Assembly: GCA_023254095.1 (NCBI GenBank)
Contig: JALNLM010000009.1
Span: 1 to 50,386, forward strand
DNA: 50,386 nucleotides
DNA from: Candidatus Geocrenenecus huangii
GTDB taxonomy: Archaea > Thermoproteota > Nitrososphaeria_A > Caldarchaeales > Wolframiiraptoraceae
Reading direction: 5' to 3'
A model generated the notes under the pieces. That model saw only the letters and a list, made by a program, of their open reading frames with translations, did not search any database and was not told the DNA's origin. This document shows positions 30,762 through 39,982 of this stretch, one piece after another; positions within the stretch are counted from its first letter, which is position 1, and each line of letters opens with the position of its first letter. Both the position numbers and the translations under genes were made by a program.

Positions 30762-32069
30762 ATGTTTTTGGAGGCTTCCATTAGAACTTTTATAAAAAAA
30801 CTCGAGGATGAGGGTAAGATTGTAAAGATCGGGAAACCTGTATCTACTAGATTTGAGGTAGCGTCTATCTTGAAGAAACTCGATCCCAAACCTGTCTTAT
30901 TCGAGAAGATAGTTGAGCATCCAGGCTTCAGGCTTGTTGGAAATCTATGCTCAGATAGAAGAATCTTGGCTGAAGCTCTAGATACATCTATCCAGGAATT
31001 AAAGAATAGATTAATTCAAGCAATAGAAAATCCCGGAGAGACGGAGATCGTCGAAAACCCTCCCTGCCAAGAAGTAGTCGTCGAAGATCCAGACCTAACC
31101 AAGCTCCCATTCATCTGGACTGGAACGAGAGACCGTGCTCCATATACGTCTGCAAGCATAATAATAGCATACGATAAAGAATATGGGTATAATGCGAGTT
31201 TTCATAGACTTATGCTAGTAGACCATAAGAGAGTAGCTCCGAGAATTGTTCCTAGACATCTCTACAATTATGTTGAGAGAGGATGTAGGGAGGTAGCTAT
31301 AACGATAGGGAATCATCCAGCCTTCATGCTCGCATCCGCCGTCACCGAAGACATAAGAATAGATGAGCTCTCAGTAGCTTCATCACTTGCAAAAATAAGA
31401 TATGCTAAGACTTTAACGAACAATCTATTGGTCCCAGCGGAGTGCGAGGTGGTTCTTGAAGGATATGTCACGGACGAGTATGTAGATGAGGGGCCATTCA
31501 TAGACATTCTAGGGACATATGATATAGTTAGGAAGGAGAGAGTAATAGAGATAAGATGTATAACTATGAGGAAGAACCCGATCTTTCAATATATTCTGCC
31601 TGGAGGATACGAGCATAAGAACTTGATGGGTCTACCTAGAGAGGCAACGATACAACGTGAAGTCAGTAAAGTATGCGAATGCTTAGACGTGAAGCTTACA
31701 GCTGGAAGCGGTGGATGGCTTAACGCTGTCGTGAAGATACGTAAGAAGAATGATGAAGATGGTAGGAGAGCGATAGAAGCAGCTTTCAGAGGACATGAAA
31801 GTATGAAGTATGTAGTAGTGGTGGACGAAGACATAGATATCGGTAACCTTGATGAGGTTGAATGGGCGATATCCACGAGGACTCAGCTAGATAGAGACTT
31901 GGTTCTGAAGCCTGGTGAGAAGGGATCATCACTTGACCCTTCAGCAGACCAGGTCACGAGATTAACGTGTAAAGCAGGAATAGACGCAACCATACCATCT
32001 ATGAGGGAGAAAGAGAAATTCATGAAAGCTACAATACCTGAAGTGGAACTAGAAAGATTCCTAGATTAA
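30762..32069 (+). CDS. UbiD-family prFMN decarboxylase, probably anhydromevalonate phosphate decarboxylase
   Basis: NASFHR, RHL, DEGPFIDILGTYD, VVVDEDID and SSLDPS motifs; adjacent to AcnX genes. I prefer ATG 30762 (after GGAGG) over TTG 30714 as the start. Confidence 0.88.
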   Translation: MFLEASIRTFIKKLEDEGKIVKIGKPVSTRFEVASILKKLDPKPVLFEKIVEHPGFRLVGNLCSDRRILAEALDTSIQELKNRLIQAIENPGETEIVENPPCQEVVVEDPDLTKLPFIWTGTRDRAPYTSASIIIAYDKEYGYNASFHRLMLVDHKRVAPRIVPRHLYNYVERGCREVAITIGNHPAFMLASAVTEDIRIDELSVASSLAKIRYAKTLTNNLLVPAECEVVLEGYVTDEYVDEGPFIDILGTYDIVRKERVIEIRCITMRKNPIFQYILPGGYEHKNLMGLPREATIQREVSKVCECLDVKLTAGSGGWLNAVVKIRKKNDEDGRRAIEAAFRGHESMKYVVVVDEDIDIGNLDEVEWAISTRTQLDRDLVLKPGEKGSSLDPSADQVTRLTCKAGIDATIPSMREKEKFMKATIPEVELERFLD

Positions 32070-32191
32070 TAGATTACGCTTTTCATCAACATACAATGTT
32101 AAAATGTCTACGAGTCATTAATCAAACTTAATATAATTGGTCTTCCCATTAGATGACGGTTAACGCTTAGACGTTAGATGCGGGGTAGATA

Positions 32192-33382
32192 ATGTATCTA
32201 AGTAGAGAAGAGGAAAAGATGCTGAATGGAGAATTTGGTTATGCAAAACAGGTAGCTATGGAGATTCTTGTAGCGCTGGGGGAGATATACAATGCGGAGA
32301 AGATGATTCCGATAAAAAGTGCGCAGATATCAGGCGTATCATACAAGAACTTGGGAGAAGCGGGGATAGAGTGGATAGAAGAATTATCTAGAGATGGTAG
32401 AGTGGAGGTTCATACAACGTTGAATCCAGCTGGTATGGATATGGAGAGATGGGAGGAGATGGGTATAAGTAGAGACTTCGCCGAGAAACAGTTCAGGATA
32501 ATCAGAGCATATACTAGGATGGGTATTCAGCCAACCTTCACATGTACTCCCTACCTTGCGGGGAATAAGCCAACCCTAGGAGACCACATCGCATGGAGTG
32601 AAAGTTCAGCGGTAGTATATGCAAACTCCGTATTAGGAGCTAGGACGAACAGAGAAGGAGGGCCAAGCGCTCTAGCCTCAGCATTAACTGGTAGAACACC
32701 ATACTATGGTCTACACATATCTGAGAACAGAGTATACGCAGTTAAGATAGATGCCCCGGAGCTCGATGATGAGTATGACTTCGCACTCCTAGGATATGTT
32801 TCGGGAAGACTTTCAAAAGGGAGAATACCGTTATTCACCGGAGTCGAGTCTGCTAACCAAATAGAGCTTAAAGCTCTGGGAGCAGCTTTAGCGAGTACAG
32901 GGGGAGTAGCGATGTTCCATATTGAAAGATTAACTCCAGAATACATGTTGCCGCCAATAGATAATGTTGAAGAAATAGATTTGGGGAAAGAAGATCTTAA
33001 GAATGCTGCAGAAGAATTAAATGATGGTGTTGAGCCAGATCTAATATTCATTGGATGCCCTCATGCCTCACTCGAAGAGCTAATCATCGTATTGGAGAGG
33101 CTTAAAGGCAGGGCTGTAAAGAAGAAAACATGGATATGCGTCTCAAGAACTATCAAGGATTTATCTGTGAGGCTGGGAATATTCCAGAAACTTGAAGAAC
33201 TTGGAGTAAAAGTAATCTGCGATACATGCCCTATAGTTGCACCTATAGTCGATTTGGGAGTAAGATCTATTGCTACAAATTCTGCGAAATGTGTTTGGTA
33301 TTCTAGAAATCTTAATAACCTGAAGATTAAAATTGGTAGATTGACTGATTTAGTGGAAGAGGCTACTAGGGGATGCTTTTAG
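32192..33382 (+). CDS. Aconitase X large subunit, probably phosphomevalonate dehydratase large subunit
   Basis: SGVSYKN, TTLNP, TCTPY, WSESSA, GARTNREGG, IGCPH and DTC motifs. Confidence 0.92.
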   Translation: MYLSREEEKMLNGEFGYAKQVAMEILVALGEIYNAEKMIPIKSAQISGVSYKNLGEAGIEWIEELSRDGRVEVHTTLNPAGMDMERWEEMGISRDFAEKQFRIIRAYTRMGIQPTFTCTPYLAGNKPTLGDHIAWSESSAVVYANSVLGARTNREGGPSALASALTGRTPYYGLHISENRVYAVKIDAPELDDEYDFALLGYVSGRLSKGRIPLFTGVESANQIELKALGAALASTGGVAMFHIERLTPEYMLPPIDNVEEIDLGKEDLKNAAEELNDGVEPDLIFIGCPHASLEELIIVLERLKGRAVKKKTWICVSRTIKDLSVRLGIFQKLEELGVKVICDTCPIVAPIVDLGVRSIATNSAKCVWYSRNLNNLKIKIGRLTDLVEEATRGCF

Positions 33383-33774
33383 AGGTTAAAGGTAGAATCA
33401 TTAAGAGCGGTTATGCTGAAGGCGTAGCGTTAAAGACCAATCAACCTATAAGCTTCTATGGAGGAGTAGATCCAGAAACGGGTATAGTGGTAGAGAAAGG
33501 CCACGAGATAGAAGGTGAGACTATTTCCGGAAAGATTCTTGTCTTCCCACATGGTATAGGCTCAACAGTAGGCTCATACATACTGTATAGACTAAAGAAG
33601 AACAACAAGGCTCCAGCTGGAATAGTAAATCAATACTGTGAACCCATAGTAGCAGTAGGAGTAATCATTTCTAACATCCCCACAATAGATAGAATTGATA
33701 TAAGCTTGATAGAAACAGGAGACTATATCGAGATAAATAGAGAAACGCTAATCATTAAGAAGACCGGTCAATAA
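33373..33774 (+). CDS. Aconitase X swivel (DUF126) small subunit
   Basis: ISFYGGVDPETG, GSTVGSY and AP motifs. Confidence 0.92.
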   Translation: MLLEVKGRIIKSGYAEGVALKTNQPISFYGGVDPETGIVVEKGHEIEGETISGKILVFPHGIGSTVGSYILYRLKKNNKAPAGIVNQYCEPIVAVGVIISNIPTIDRIDISLIETGDYIEINRETLIIKKTGQ

Positions 33775-33846
33775 ATACCTACTAAATACATATTGTCTCA
33801 AGTATATTTTTTAACTAGAAACGCCTATTCTTAAATTGGGGATTTT

Positions 33847-34743
33847 TTGCTCATATATGCTAGATTTCATGGTAGAGGTGGTCAGGGAGTTAAAACTGCA
33901 AGCAGAATTCTTGGAAACGCAGCCCACTTAGAAGGATACTATACACAAGATTTTCCAATCTATGGAGCTGAGAGAAGAGGTGCACCGGTAGTAGCTTTCA
34001 CCAGGATCTCTCATGAACCTCTACCATTATCAGAGAGAGGATATATCTTCAATCCAAATTTAATACTGGTGGCGGATGAATCCCTGCTAAGTGATCCATT
34101 AGTTAATCCTCTCTCAGGATTGCAGAGTGGTGGGGCACTCTTCATAAATTCGAGCAAGCCCGCAGATAAGATAAGAATCGATAGAGATGATGTTACAGTA
34201 GTTGTAGAAGACTTGATTGACCTATCTTTAAAGTATGTGAGAAAGACTGTTCTTAGTACAGGTTTAGGAGCTGTAGCAGCTAAATTAACAGGTCTCATTA
34301 GATGGGTCTCACTGGAAGAAGGTGTTAAAGAAGAACTTATAGAGATAGGCGTGAAAGGAGAGATGCTTGAGAAGAATATACTCTTCGCTAAGGTATGTTT
34401 TGAGAAGGTCCATCCAGTCTCTTTACCATCACCGAAACTTGGGGAACCCATGAAGATTGTAGAGGTAAGCTGGATGCCTACGAATTTGACGATCCCGGAG
34501 ATAAGAAAAGTGGGGAACACGAGAGTGAGGAAAACGGGTAACTGGAGGATCTTCAAACCAACAATAAACCATGAGAGATGCACTAAGTGTGGGATATGCG
34601 TTATCTATTGTCCGGAAGGAGTTATAACTATGATGGATGATGAACCCGAGATAGATTATGATAATTGCAAAGGATGCTTAATATGTTTCAATGAATGTCC
34701 CGTTAAAGCATTCAATTATGTTAGAGAGGTAGAAGCAGCATGA
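33847..34743 (+). CDS. Pyruvate/2-oxoacid:ferredoxin oxidoreductase gamma-delta fusion subunit
   Basis: RFHGRGGQG, YGAERRGAPV, TGNWR and two CxxCxxCxxxCP ferredoxin motifs. Confidence 0.92.
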   Translation: MLIYARFHGRGGQGVKTASRILGNAAHLEGYYTQDFPIYGAERRGAPVVAFTRISHEPLPLSERGYIFNPNLILVADESLLSDPLVNPLSGLQSGGALFINSSKPADKIRIDRDDVTVVVEDLIDLSLKYVRKTVLSTGLGAVAAKLTGLIRWVSLEEGVKEELIEIGVKGEMLEKNILFAKVCFEKVHPVSLPSPKLGEPMKIVEVSWMPTNLTIPEIRKVGNTRVRKTGNWRIFKPTINHERCTKCGICVIYCPEGVITMMDDEPEIDYDNCKGCLICFNECPVKAFNYVREVEAA

Positions 34744-36017
34744 TGAGGACTAAGCTTATCTCAGAACTTAGACCTAGAAGAGAATTAGCCTCTTCCATTA
34801 TTAGAGGCAAGATGATGACTGGGAATGTTGCAGCAGCATGGGCTGCGAGACTAGCTGAAGTAGACTATATACCCGCCTACCCGATTACTCCTCAAACAGA
34901 GATCATAGAGGTACTTTCACACTGGATTGCTCTAGGAGAGATGAAGGCGAGGTTAACCATCCTCGACTCCGAGCACTCCATGCTGACAGCCGCTGGAACA
35001 GGTTCACTCGCAGGTGCAAGAGTATTTACTGCAACTTCTAGCCAAGGATTACTTTACGGATTCGAGATGCTATACAATATAGCCGGATGGAGGGCTCCAA
35101 TAATACTAGTTAACGTGAGTAGAGCTGTAGCGGCTCCCATAACGCTTGAACCAGACCATAACGACTTCCTATCCACTAGAGATACAGGCTTCATACTTCT
35201 ACAAGCCGAGACATGCCAAGAAGTCTTAGACCTAATACTCTTAGCATATAGAGTCTCAGAAGACCGTAGAGTACTTCTTCCATCAATAGTGAATCTCGAC
35301 GGATTCCACCTATCTTTCACTCGTGAGCCTGTGAAGACCCCCAGTATAGAAGAAGTTAGAAGCTTCCTCCCAAGATATGCTCCTCCATATCCGTTCAGAG
35401 CAAGCACCCCCTCAACTAAAGGTACTCCGGTTCTGAGACCTCCACTATACAGTTTCTTCAAATACCAGATGTATCTCTCATCTCTCAATGCAGTGAAAGT
35501 ATTCAAAGAAGCATGCGATGAGTTTGAGGCATATTTCGCGAGGAGATACGACGTCGTAGAGAAGTATATGCTGGATGACGCAGAGTACGTGTTGGTTATG
35601 ATGGGGTCTTTCGCATCCATAGGTAAGAAGGCGGTAAAGATAATGAGGGAGGAAGGGTTCAGCGTAGGCTTGTTAAAGCTTAGAATGATTAGACCCTTTC
35701 CGAGGCAAGATGTAAGAAGAGCCCTTGAAGGAAAGAGAGCGGTTGCAGTAATAGACCAGAATATCGCTCCAGGTCTCGGCGGAATACTCTATCCAGAGAT
35801 ATGCTCCGTACTCTATAATGTGGTGAATAAGCCTAAGATAATCCTTCCAGTAATAGGGGGAGTTGGAGGAAAGACGATATCGATCGATGAGATTAGATAC
35901 GTGGTAGAATTGATGAAGAAGTATGAAATAGGCGGTGAACCCGAGCCTGTCCTGCTATTCAGGGAAGATGAGCTCAGAGAAGTAAAATCCCTACTGAGGA
36001 TAGGGGTTGGAGAATAA
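34740..36017 (+). CDS. Pyruvate/2-oxoacid:ferredoxin oxidoreductase alpha subunit (PorA-type)
   Basis: AYPITPQTE, SEHS, TATSSQGL, DH.D, DGF.LS and RPFP motifs. Confidence 0.93.
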   Translation: MMRTKLISELRPRRELASSIIRGKMMTGNVAAAWAARLAEVDYIPAYPITPQTEIIEVLSHWIALGEMKARLTILDSEHSMLTAAGTGSLAGARVFTATSSQGLLYGFEMLYNIAGWRAPIILVNVSRAVAAPITLEPDHNDFLSTRDTGFILLQAETCQEVLDLILLAYRVSEDRRVLLPSIVNLDGFHLSFTREPVKTPSIEEVRSFLPRYAPPYPFRASTPSTKGTPVLRPPLYSFFKYQMYLSSLNAVKVFKEACDEFEAYFARRYDVVEKYMLDDAEYVLVMMGSFASIGKKAVKIMREEGFSVGLLKLRMIRPFPRQDVRRALEGKRAVAVIDQNIAPGLGGILYPEICSVLYNVVNKPKIILPVIGGVGGKTISIDEIRYVVELMKKYEIGGEPEPVLLFREDELREVKSLLRIGVGE

Positions 36018-36979
36018 TGTCTCAAGCAAGATTCAAATCTATAAAAGACCTAATATGCGAAGACTATCTTACTCCAGGTACACCTTCATGTGCTGGATGC
36101 GGTGCATTGATAACTCTTAGGTTATTCCACAAAGTATTGGGGGGCAGGGTAGTCTGGGTTAACGCTGCAGGATGTATGACTCTATTGATAGTTTACCCAT
36201 TCACGCCTTTAAAGTCTTCATGGATGTATACAGCTATGGCGTGCGCTCCAGCAGGCGCCCAGGGGATTAGAGATGCATTAGATATACTGATAGATAAAGG
36301 AGTGATATCTTCAGAAGAGGATCTAAAGGTGGTCGTAGTTACAGGTGATGGAGCAGCAAATGATATTGGTCTCCAGAGTACATCTGGAGCAATACATCGA
36401 GGTCTAGACTTCTACTATCTCTGCTACGATAATGAAGCCTTCGGGAATACGGGTTTCCAATACTCGCCAGCGACACCGTACGGTTCTAGAACAGCAACCT
36501 CGCCGCCTACTCCCCTCGTACCTGAAGGGTATAGAGGTAAGAAGAAAGACTTATTCGAGATATGGAGAGCGCATAAACCTCCGTACGTGGCCACGCTATC
36601 GATCTCCCATCCAATGGACATGGTTAGAAAGATTGAGAAGGCTGAAAAATATAAAGGACCAAAGCTTTTCATCTCTCTTTCACCATGTCCGCCAGGATGG
36701 GGAATAGAGACTATGGAGACGGTTAAGATAGCTAGGTTAGCTGTAGAGACGGGAGTATGGTCTCTGAAAGAAGCAGTCTACGGTGAAGTACGCCATACAT
36801 ATATTCCGAGGAAGCTGAAGCCGCTGGAAGAATACTTGAAAGCTCAAGCAAGATTCAGACACTTATTCTATCCGGTGAGGAGAGACGAGGTCATCTCGAA
36901 GATGCAGAGTGAAGTTGAAGAATATTGGAGGACAGTATACGATAGAGAACTAGGTAGGGAAGATGCTGGTGGAAGCTAA
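36017..36979 (+). CDS. Pyruvate/2-oxoacid:ferredoxin oxidoreductase beta subunit (PorB-type)
   Basis: CAGCG, GC, GDG..DIGLQ, DNEAFGNTG.Q and SPCPPGW motifs. Confidence 0.93.
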   Translation: MSQARFKSIKDLICEDYLTPGTPSCAGCGALITLRLFHKVLGGRVVWVNAAGCMTLLIVYPFTPLKSSWMYTAMACAPAGAQGIRDALDILIDKGVISSEEDLKVVVVTGDGAANDIGLQSTSGAIHRGLDFYYLCYDNEAFGNTGFQYSPATPYGSRTATSPPTPLVPEGYRGKKKDLFEIWRAHKPPYVATLSISHPMDMVRKIEKAEKYKGPKLFISLSPCPPGWGIETMETVKIARLAVETGVWSLKEAVYGEVRHTYIPRKLKPLEEYLKAQARFRHLFYPVRRDEVISKMQSEVEEYWRTVYDRELGREDAGGS

Positions 36980-37028
36980 AAACTGCCTGAGAGCCTTATT
37001 CCAGCATATTTCACCAGTAATCTATATT

Positions 37029-37052
37029 CCTGAAAAAAGAGGGTTTTTCAGG
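37029..37052. terminator. 9-bp hairpin with A/T runs between convergent genes; candidate terminator or sRNA 3' processing signal
   Basis: CCTGAAAAA-AGAGGG-TTTTTCAGG; both strands carry a T-run. Confidence 0.5.
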
Positions 37053-37096
37053 TTCTGCAGCCTTCATCATACCTCAGAGTACCTCGAGTTCATCAT
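37048..37096 (-). ncRNA. Box C/D 2'-O-methylation guide sRNA
   Basis: Minus strand reads ATGATGA (C) - ACTCGAGGTACT (12 nt) - CTGA (D') - GGT - ATGATGA (C') - AGGCTGCAGAAC (12 nt) - CTGA (D). All four boxes are perfect with canonical archaeal spacing. Confidence 0.92.
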
Positions 37097-37124
37097 CTAA
37101 TCCATCACGTATTGAAGGATTATT

Positions 37125-38591
37125 TTAGATTTTAATGTTAAACAACGATTGAGCCACGGCTCCTACAAGGAAGAATCCATAGAAGATCATTCCAGCTATC
37201 AGTATTATCGTAACTATTATTGATGGTCTCAATTCTTTGGGCATAAACTTGTAGTTTACAATTACTTGCAGCGGGTAGGCGACCGTTAAAGCGAATAGAC
37301 CTAGGTTTGCGCCTATGAGAGTTAACTGGTAGGGTGAAGCCCAACCGAGAGTTAGAGATCCCACTATTATTATGACTGAGACAGCGAACATGATGTAAAG
37401 TATTAGGTAGTAGAGTCTTCTAATATCTCCTCTAGCCCAATTTCTAATCTTCCCACTAGCAAACCAGAAGTTATCAGTGATAGTTCTAGTTGTAGCATCC
37501 ATCAATCCCCACTGCGTATCGAACAGTATCCAGAAGCCTCCAAGTAGAACGATAAACCATGCAGCTCCACCTAAAGCTTTAGATAAGGCTTGCGCTTGAG
37601 CTGCAGCGATAGCGAACCCTCTAAGCCCTGCGGCCTGTTCAGGTGTTAGAAGAGCATGAGCCATCACGCTAGTCATCACTATTGTTATGAATGTTAGCAG
37701 TGAGAATATTATCCATCCATCTAATCTTAGAATGTTTAGCCAACCTTTCCACCTCTTCAAGTTTTCTTCATTTATCTTGAACGGCTTCTCCTCAATGTCT
37801 AGCGCAACTTTACTACCGCCAATCAAAGCTGAGATATATCCTATCTTGCTACCCATACCCCATCCTTTGTCCCTTGCATAGCTAGAGAGCATTAAGTTGA
37901 ATCCGAAGCCTGCGGGTATGTATGCGATAGCACCAGAGATGGCTAACCAGTCTATCTTTTGAGGTTGTGGGAAGCCTCCCCTATCTGTCAGGAATCCCCC
38001 TAAGCCGCTTAAAACTGTGATCCAGTCATCGAGGGTAGCGGCCGCCAGCACACCGACCAGGACCGTAGCGAAGAGTAAGATTATCAATGGCCAACTTATC
38101 AATTCGAGTGTTCTCTGAATCTTCCATCCAACATGAAGTATGAGTAAACCCACGATTAATGCTATTAGGCTCCAAGAGAGTAGTAGCAATGAATCCTGCG
38201 GTCCTGGAAGCCGACCTAGCTGTAGAGCAGTAGCGGCTGTCGCTGAAGCAATCGCCCATGAAGGCCACATAACAGGAATGAACAACATCAAAGTCCACGC
38301 CAAAGACCATCCAAGAGGACCTGGTGGAAGTTTCTGTATCGCTCTATGTACAGGTTGTCCACAGTAAACAGGATACTTCATGGATTCCACTGCTAGAACA
38401 GCCTGTATTAGACATGAGAATGCAGCTGCCCAGAGTAATTGTGGTCCAAAAGTAGCTACTACAGCTGGGAATGTTATCCATTCCCCGGAACCTATCGCTA
38501 GCGATGCCATTATAACGCCTGGTCCTAACGCTTTAAGGTATGCTGAAGCTTTCGGAGGTGGTGGAGGAGGTAATTCAACATCTTGGTTCAT
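37125..38591 (-). CDS. NRAMP-like/APC-superfamily secondary transporter
   Basis: LGPGVIMASLAIGSGEW TM1 motif, about 11 TM helices, YARDKGWGMG motif. Substrate unknown. Confidence 0.8.
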   Translation of the reverse strand: MNQDVELPPPPPPKASAYLKALGPGVIMASLAIGSGEWITFPAVVATFGPQLLWAAAFSCLIQAVLAVESMKYPVYCGQPVHRAIQKLPPGPLGWSLAWTLMLFIPVMWPSWAIASATAATALQLGRLPGPQDSLLLLSWSLIALIVGLLILHVGWKIQRTLELISWPLIILLFATVLVGVLAAATLDDWITVLSGLGGFLTDRGGFPQPQKIDWLAISGAIAYIPAGFGFNLMLSSYARDKGWGMGSKIGYISALIGGSKVALDIEEKPFKINEENLKRWKGWLNILRLDGWIIFSLLTFITIVMTSVMAHALLTPEQAAGLRGFAIAAAQAQALSKALGGAAWFIVLLGGFWILFDTQWGLMDATTRTITDNFWFASGKIRNWARGDIRRLYYLILYIMFAVSVIIIVGSLTLGWASPYQLTLIGANLGLFALTVAYPLQVIVNYKFMPKELRPSIIVTIILIAGMIFYGFFLVGAVAQSLFNIKI

Positions 38592-38709
38592 GGCTGTATT
38601 TTTTTGTTCTTTCCAGCCAATATTTCAACATTTCTATTCTATGAATTAAGTTCTTAAAACCGTTTCGGATCAAATATTCTATAACAAAGTTATGCTTTAA
38701 AAAGCTGCA

Positions 38710-39252
38710 TTAAGCCCTTCTCAATACCTCATTAAGCTTCTTCTCAAATATCTTATACGTTTCATCATCGTAGAGGCAGAGGATAATCTTCTTGAGATTA
38801 GTCTCCTTTCTGGATACATAGTCTATGATAGTTGACAACATTATGTCTGCACATCTATCTTTAGGATAACCAAATATCCCTGTCGAGATAGCTGGAAAAG
38901 CGATGGACTCTACATGGTATTTATCTGCGAGTTCAAGAGAATTTAGTGTTGCATTCTTAAGTTTGTTGTCTTCATCTCCCTCACCCATTCTCGGTCCAAC
39001 AGCGTGGATAACGTATTTTGCTTTAAGCTTACCCGCACTCGTTAATACCGCTCCTCCGACAGGGCAGTACCCAATCTTATCGCATTCCTCTTGGATTACC
39101 CTACCTCCCTTTCTGAGGATCGCTCCTGCAACACCTCCTCCCATCTTTAAGCTAGAGTTAGCAGCATTAACGATAACGTCTACTTGCAGTTCAGTAATGT
39201 CTCCTTTAACAAGCTCGATTACGGTTCTACCAATCTTCAACATACTATACAT
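38710..39252 (-). CDS. Macro domain ADP-ribose-binding/hydrolase protein
   Basis: GDIT, IVNAAN, GGGVAGAI, IHAVGP and FPAISTGIFG motifs. Confidence 0.95.
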   Translation of the reverse strand: MYSMLKIGRTVIELVKGDITELQVDVIVNAANSSLKMGGGVAGAILRKGGRVIQEECDKIGYCPVGGAVLTSAGKLKAKYVIHAVGPRMGEGDEDNKLKNATLNSLELADKYHVESIAFPAISTGIFGYPKDRCADIMLSTIIDYVSRKETNLKKIILCLYDDETYKIFEKKLNEVLRRA

Positions 39253-39254
39253 CG

Positions 39255-39385
39255 AGAAGAAAACCTAAGATAAAAAACTTAGTTTAACCTTTCAGATATA
39301 CCACTATTAATCCTGTAATTACGAAATATAAAGGGTATTCACGGTTAGTCTCGATTATTTTGGACGGACTAGAAGATATGATACT
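39255..39385 (-). repeat. Diverged second copy of the EamA gene 3' end plus downstream spacer (direct repeat of about 41516-41635)
   Basis: Exact 23-bp core CTAAGATAAAAAACTTAGTTTAA at 39265-39287 and 41526-41548. Adjacent codons read FVITGLIVVYLKG* versus LVIAGLMVAYLKD*. Confidence 0.88.
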
Positions 39386-39547
39386 TGTGGTGCTATTGAC
39401 TATCGTATTGTCGAACTCGTTTTTCTGAATAGAGGCCGACCTAATCAGAGAATTCTAACCGAACACCCTATCTTCAAATCCTTATCTTTATACGGTGATT
39501 TGTTATGTCTTCCATAATAAATTATCAAAAAAGATTCTTATGATATT

Positions 39548-39982
39548 TTGAATAAGGCTTACTCTAAAAGTTTATCAACAACGTTAGAGAGAGATCTTAA
39601 CGATATAGAATTGTGCGGTGAAAGATCATGTTTATCTGAACTAGAAATTTTGACGAGGATATTGAGGTCCGGCTTAGTGAAGATTCTCGGTGAGACTGGA
39701 TTAGATGTTCTTGAACATTTTATGCAGTTTCCACTTAGTGGAGACATGTATCGTGTTTTTTATGAAGATCCTCAAAGATTTTACGGTGAGTTCATCAAGA
39801 TTTATGGGAGGGGAGCTGATAATCTCTTGAAAGTATTGTTCTCCACATTAATCCGAGAAGGATTACTAGAACCAGTAAACCCCATCGAGATCATAACCTT
39901 GATGAAATCTGGGGATAGAGACTCGATCAGGAAGCTTACACATGTGTTTAAGCTGGAGGAGGGCTCTCCTATTGGAAAGTAG
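39548..39982 (+). CDS. Small helical protein, probable KaiC-associated partner (DUF3227/NitrOD-like)
   Basis: L..IL...L.KILGETG..VL....  ...YEDP.RF...L.KIYG.GA pattern; overlaps the ATPase gene. Confidence 0.6.
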   Translation: MNKAYSKSLSTTLERDLNDIELCGERSCLSELEILTRILRSGLVKILGETGLDVLEHFMQFPLSGDMYRVFYEDPQRFYGEFIKIYGRGADNLLKVLFSTLIREGLLEPVNPIEIITLMKSGDRDSIRKLTHVFKLEEGSPIGK

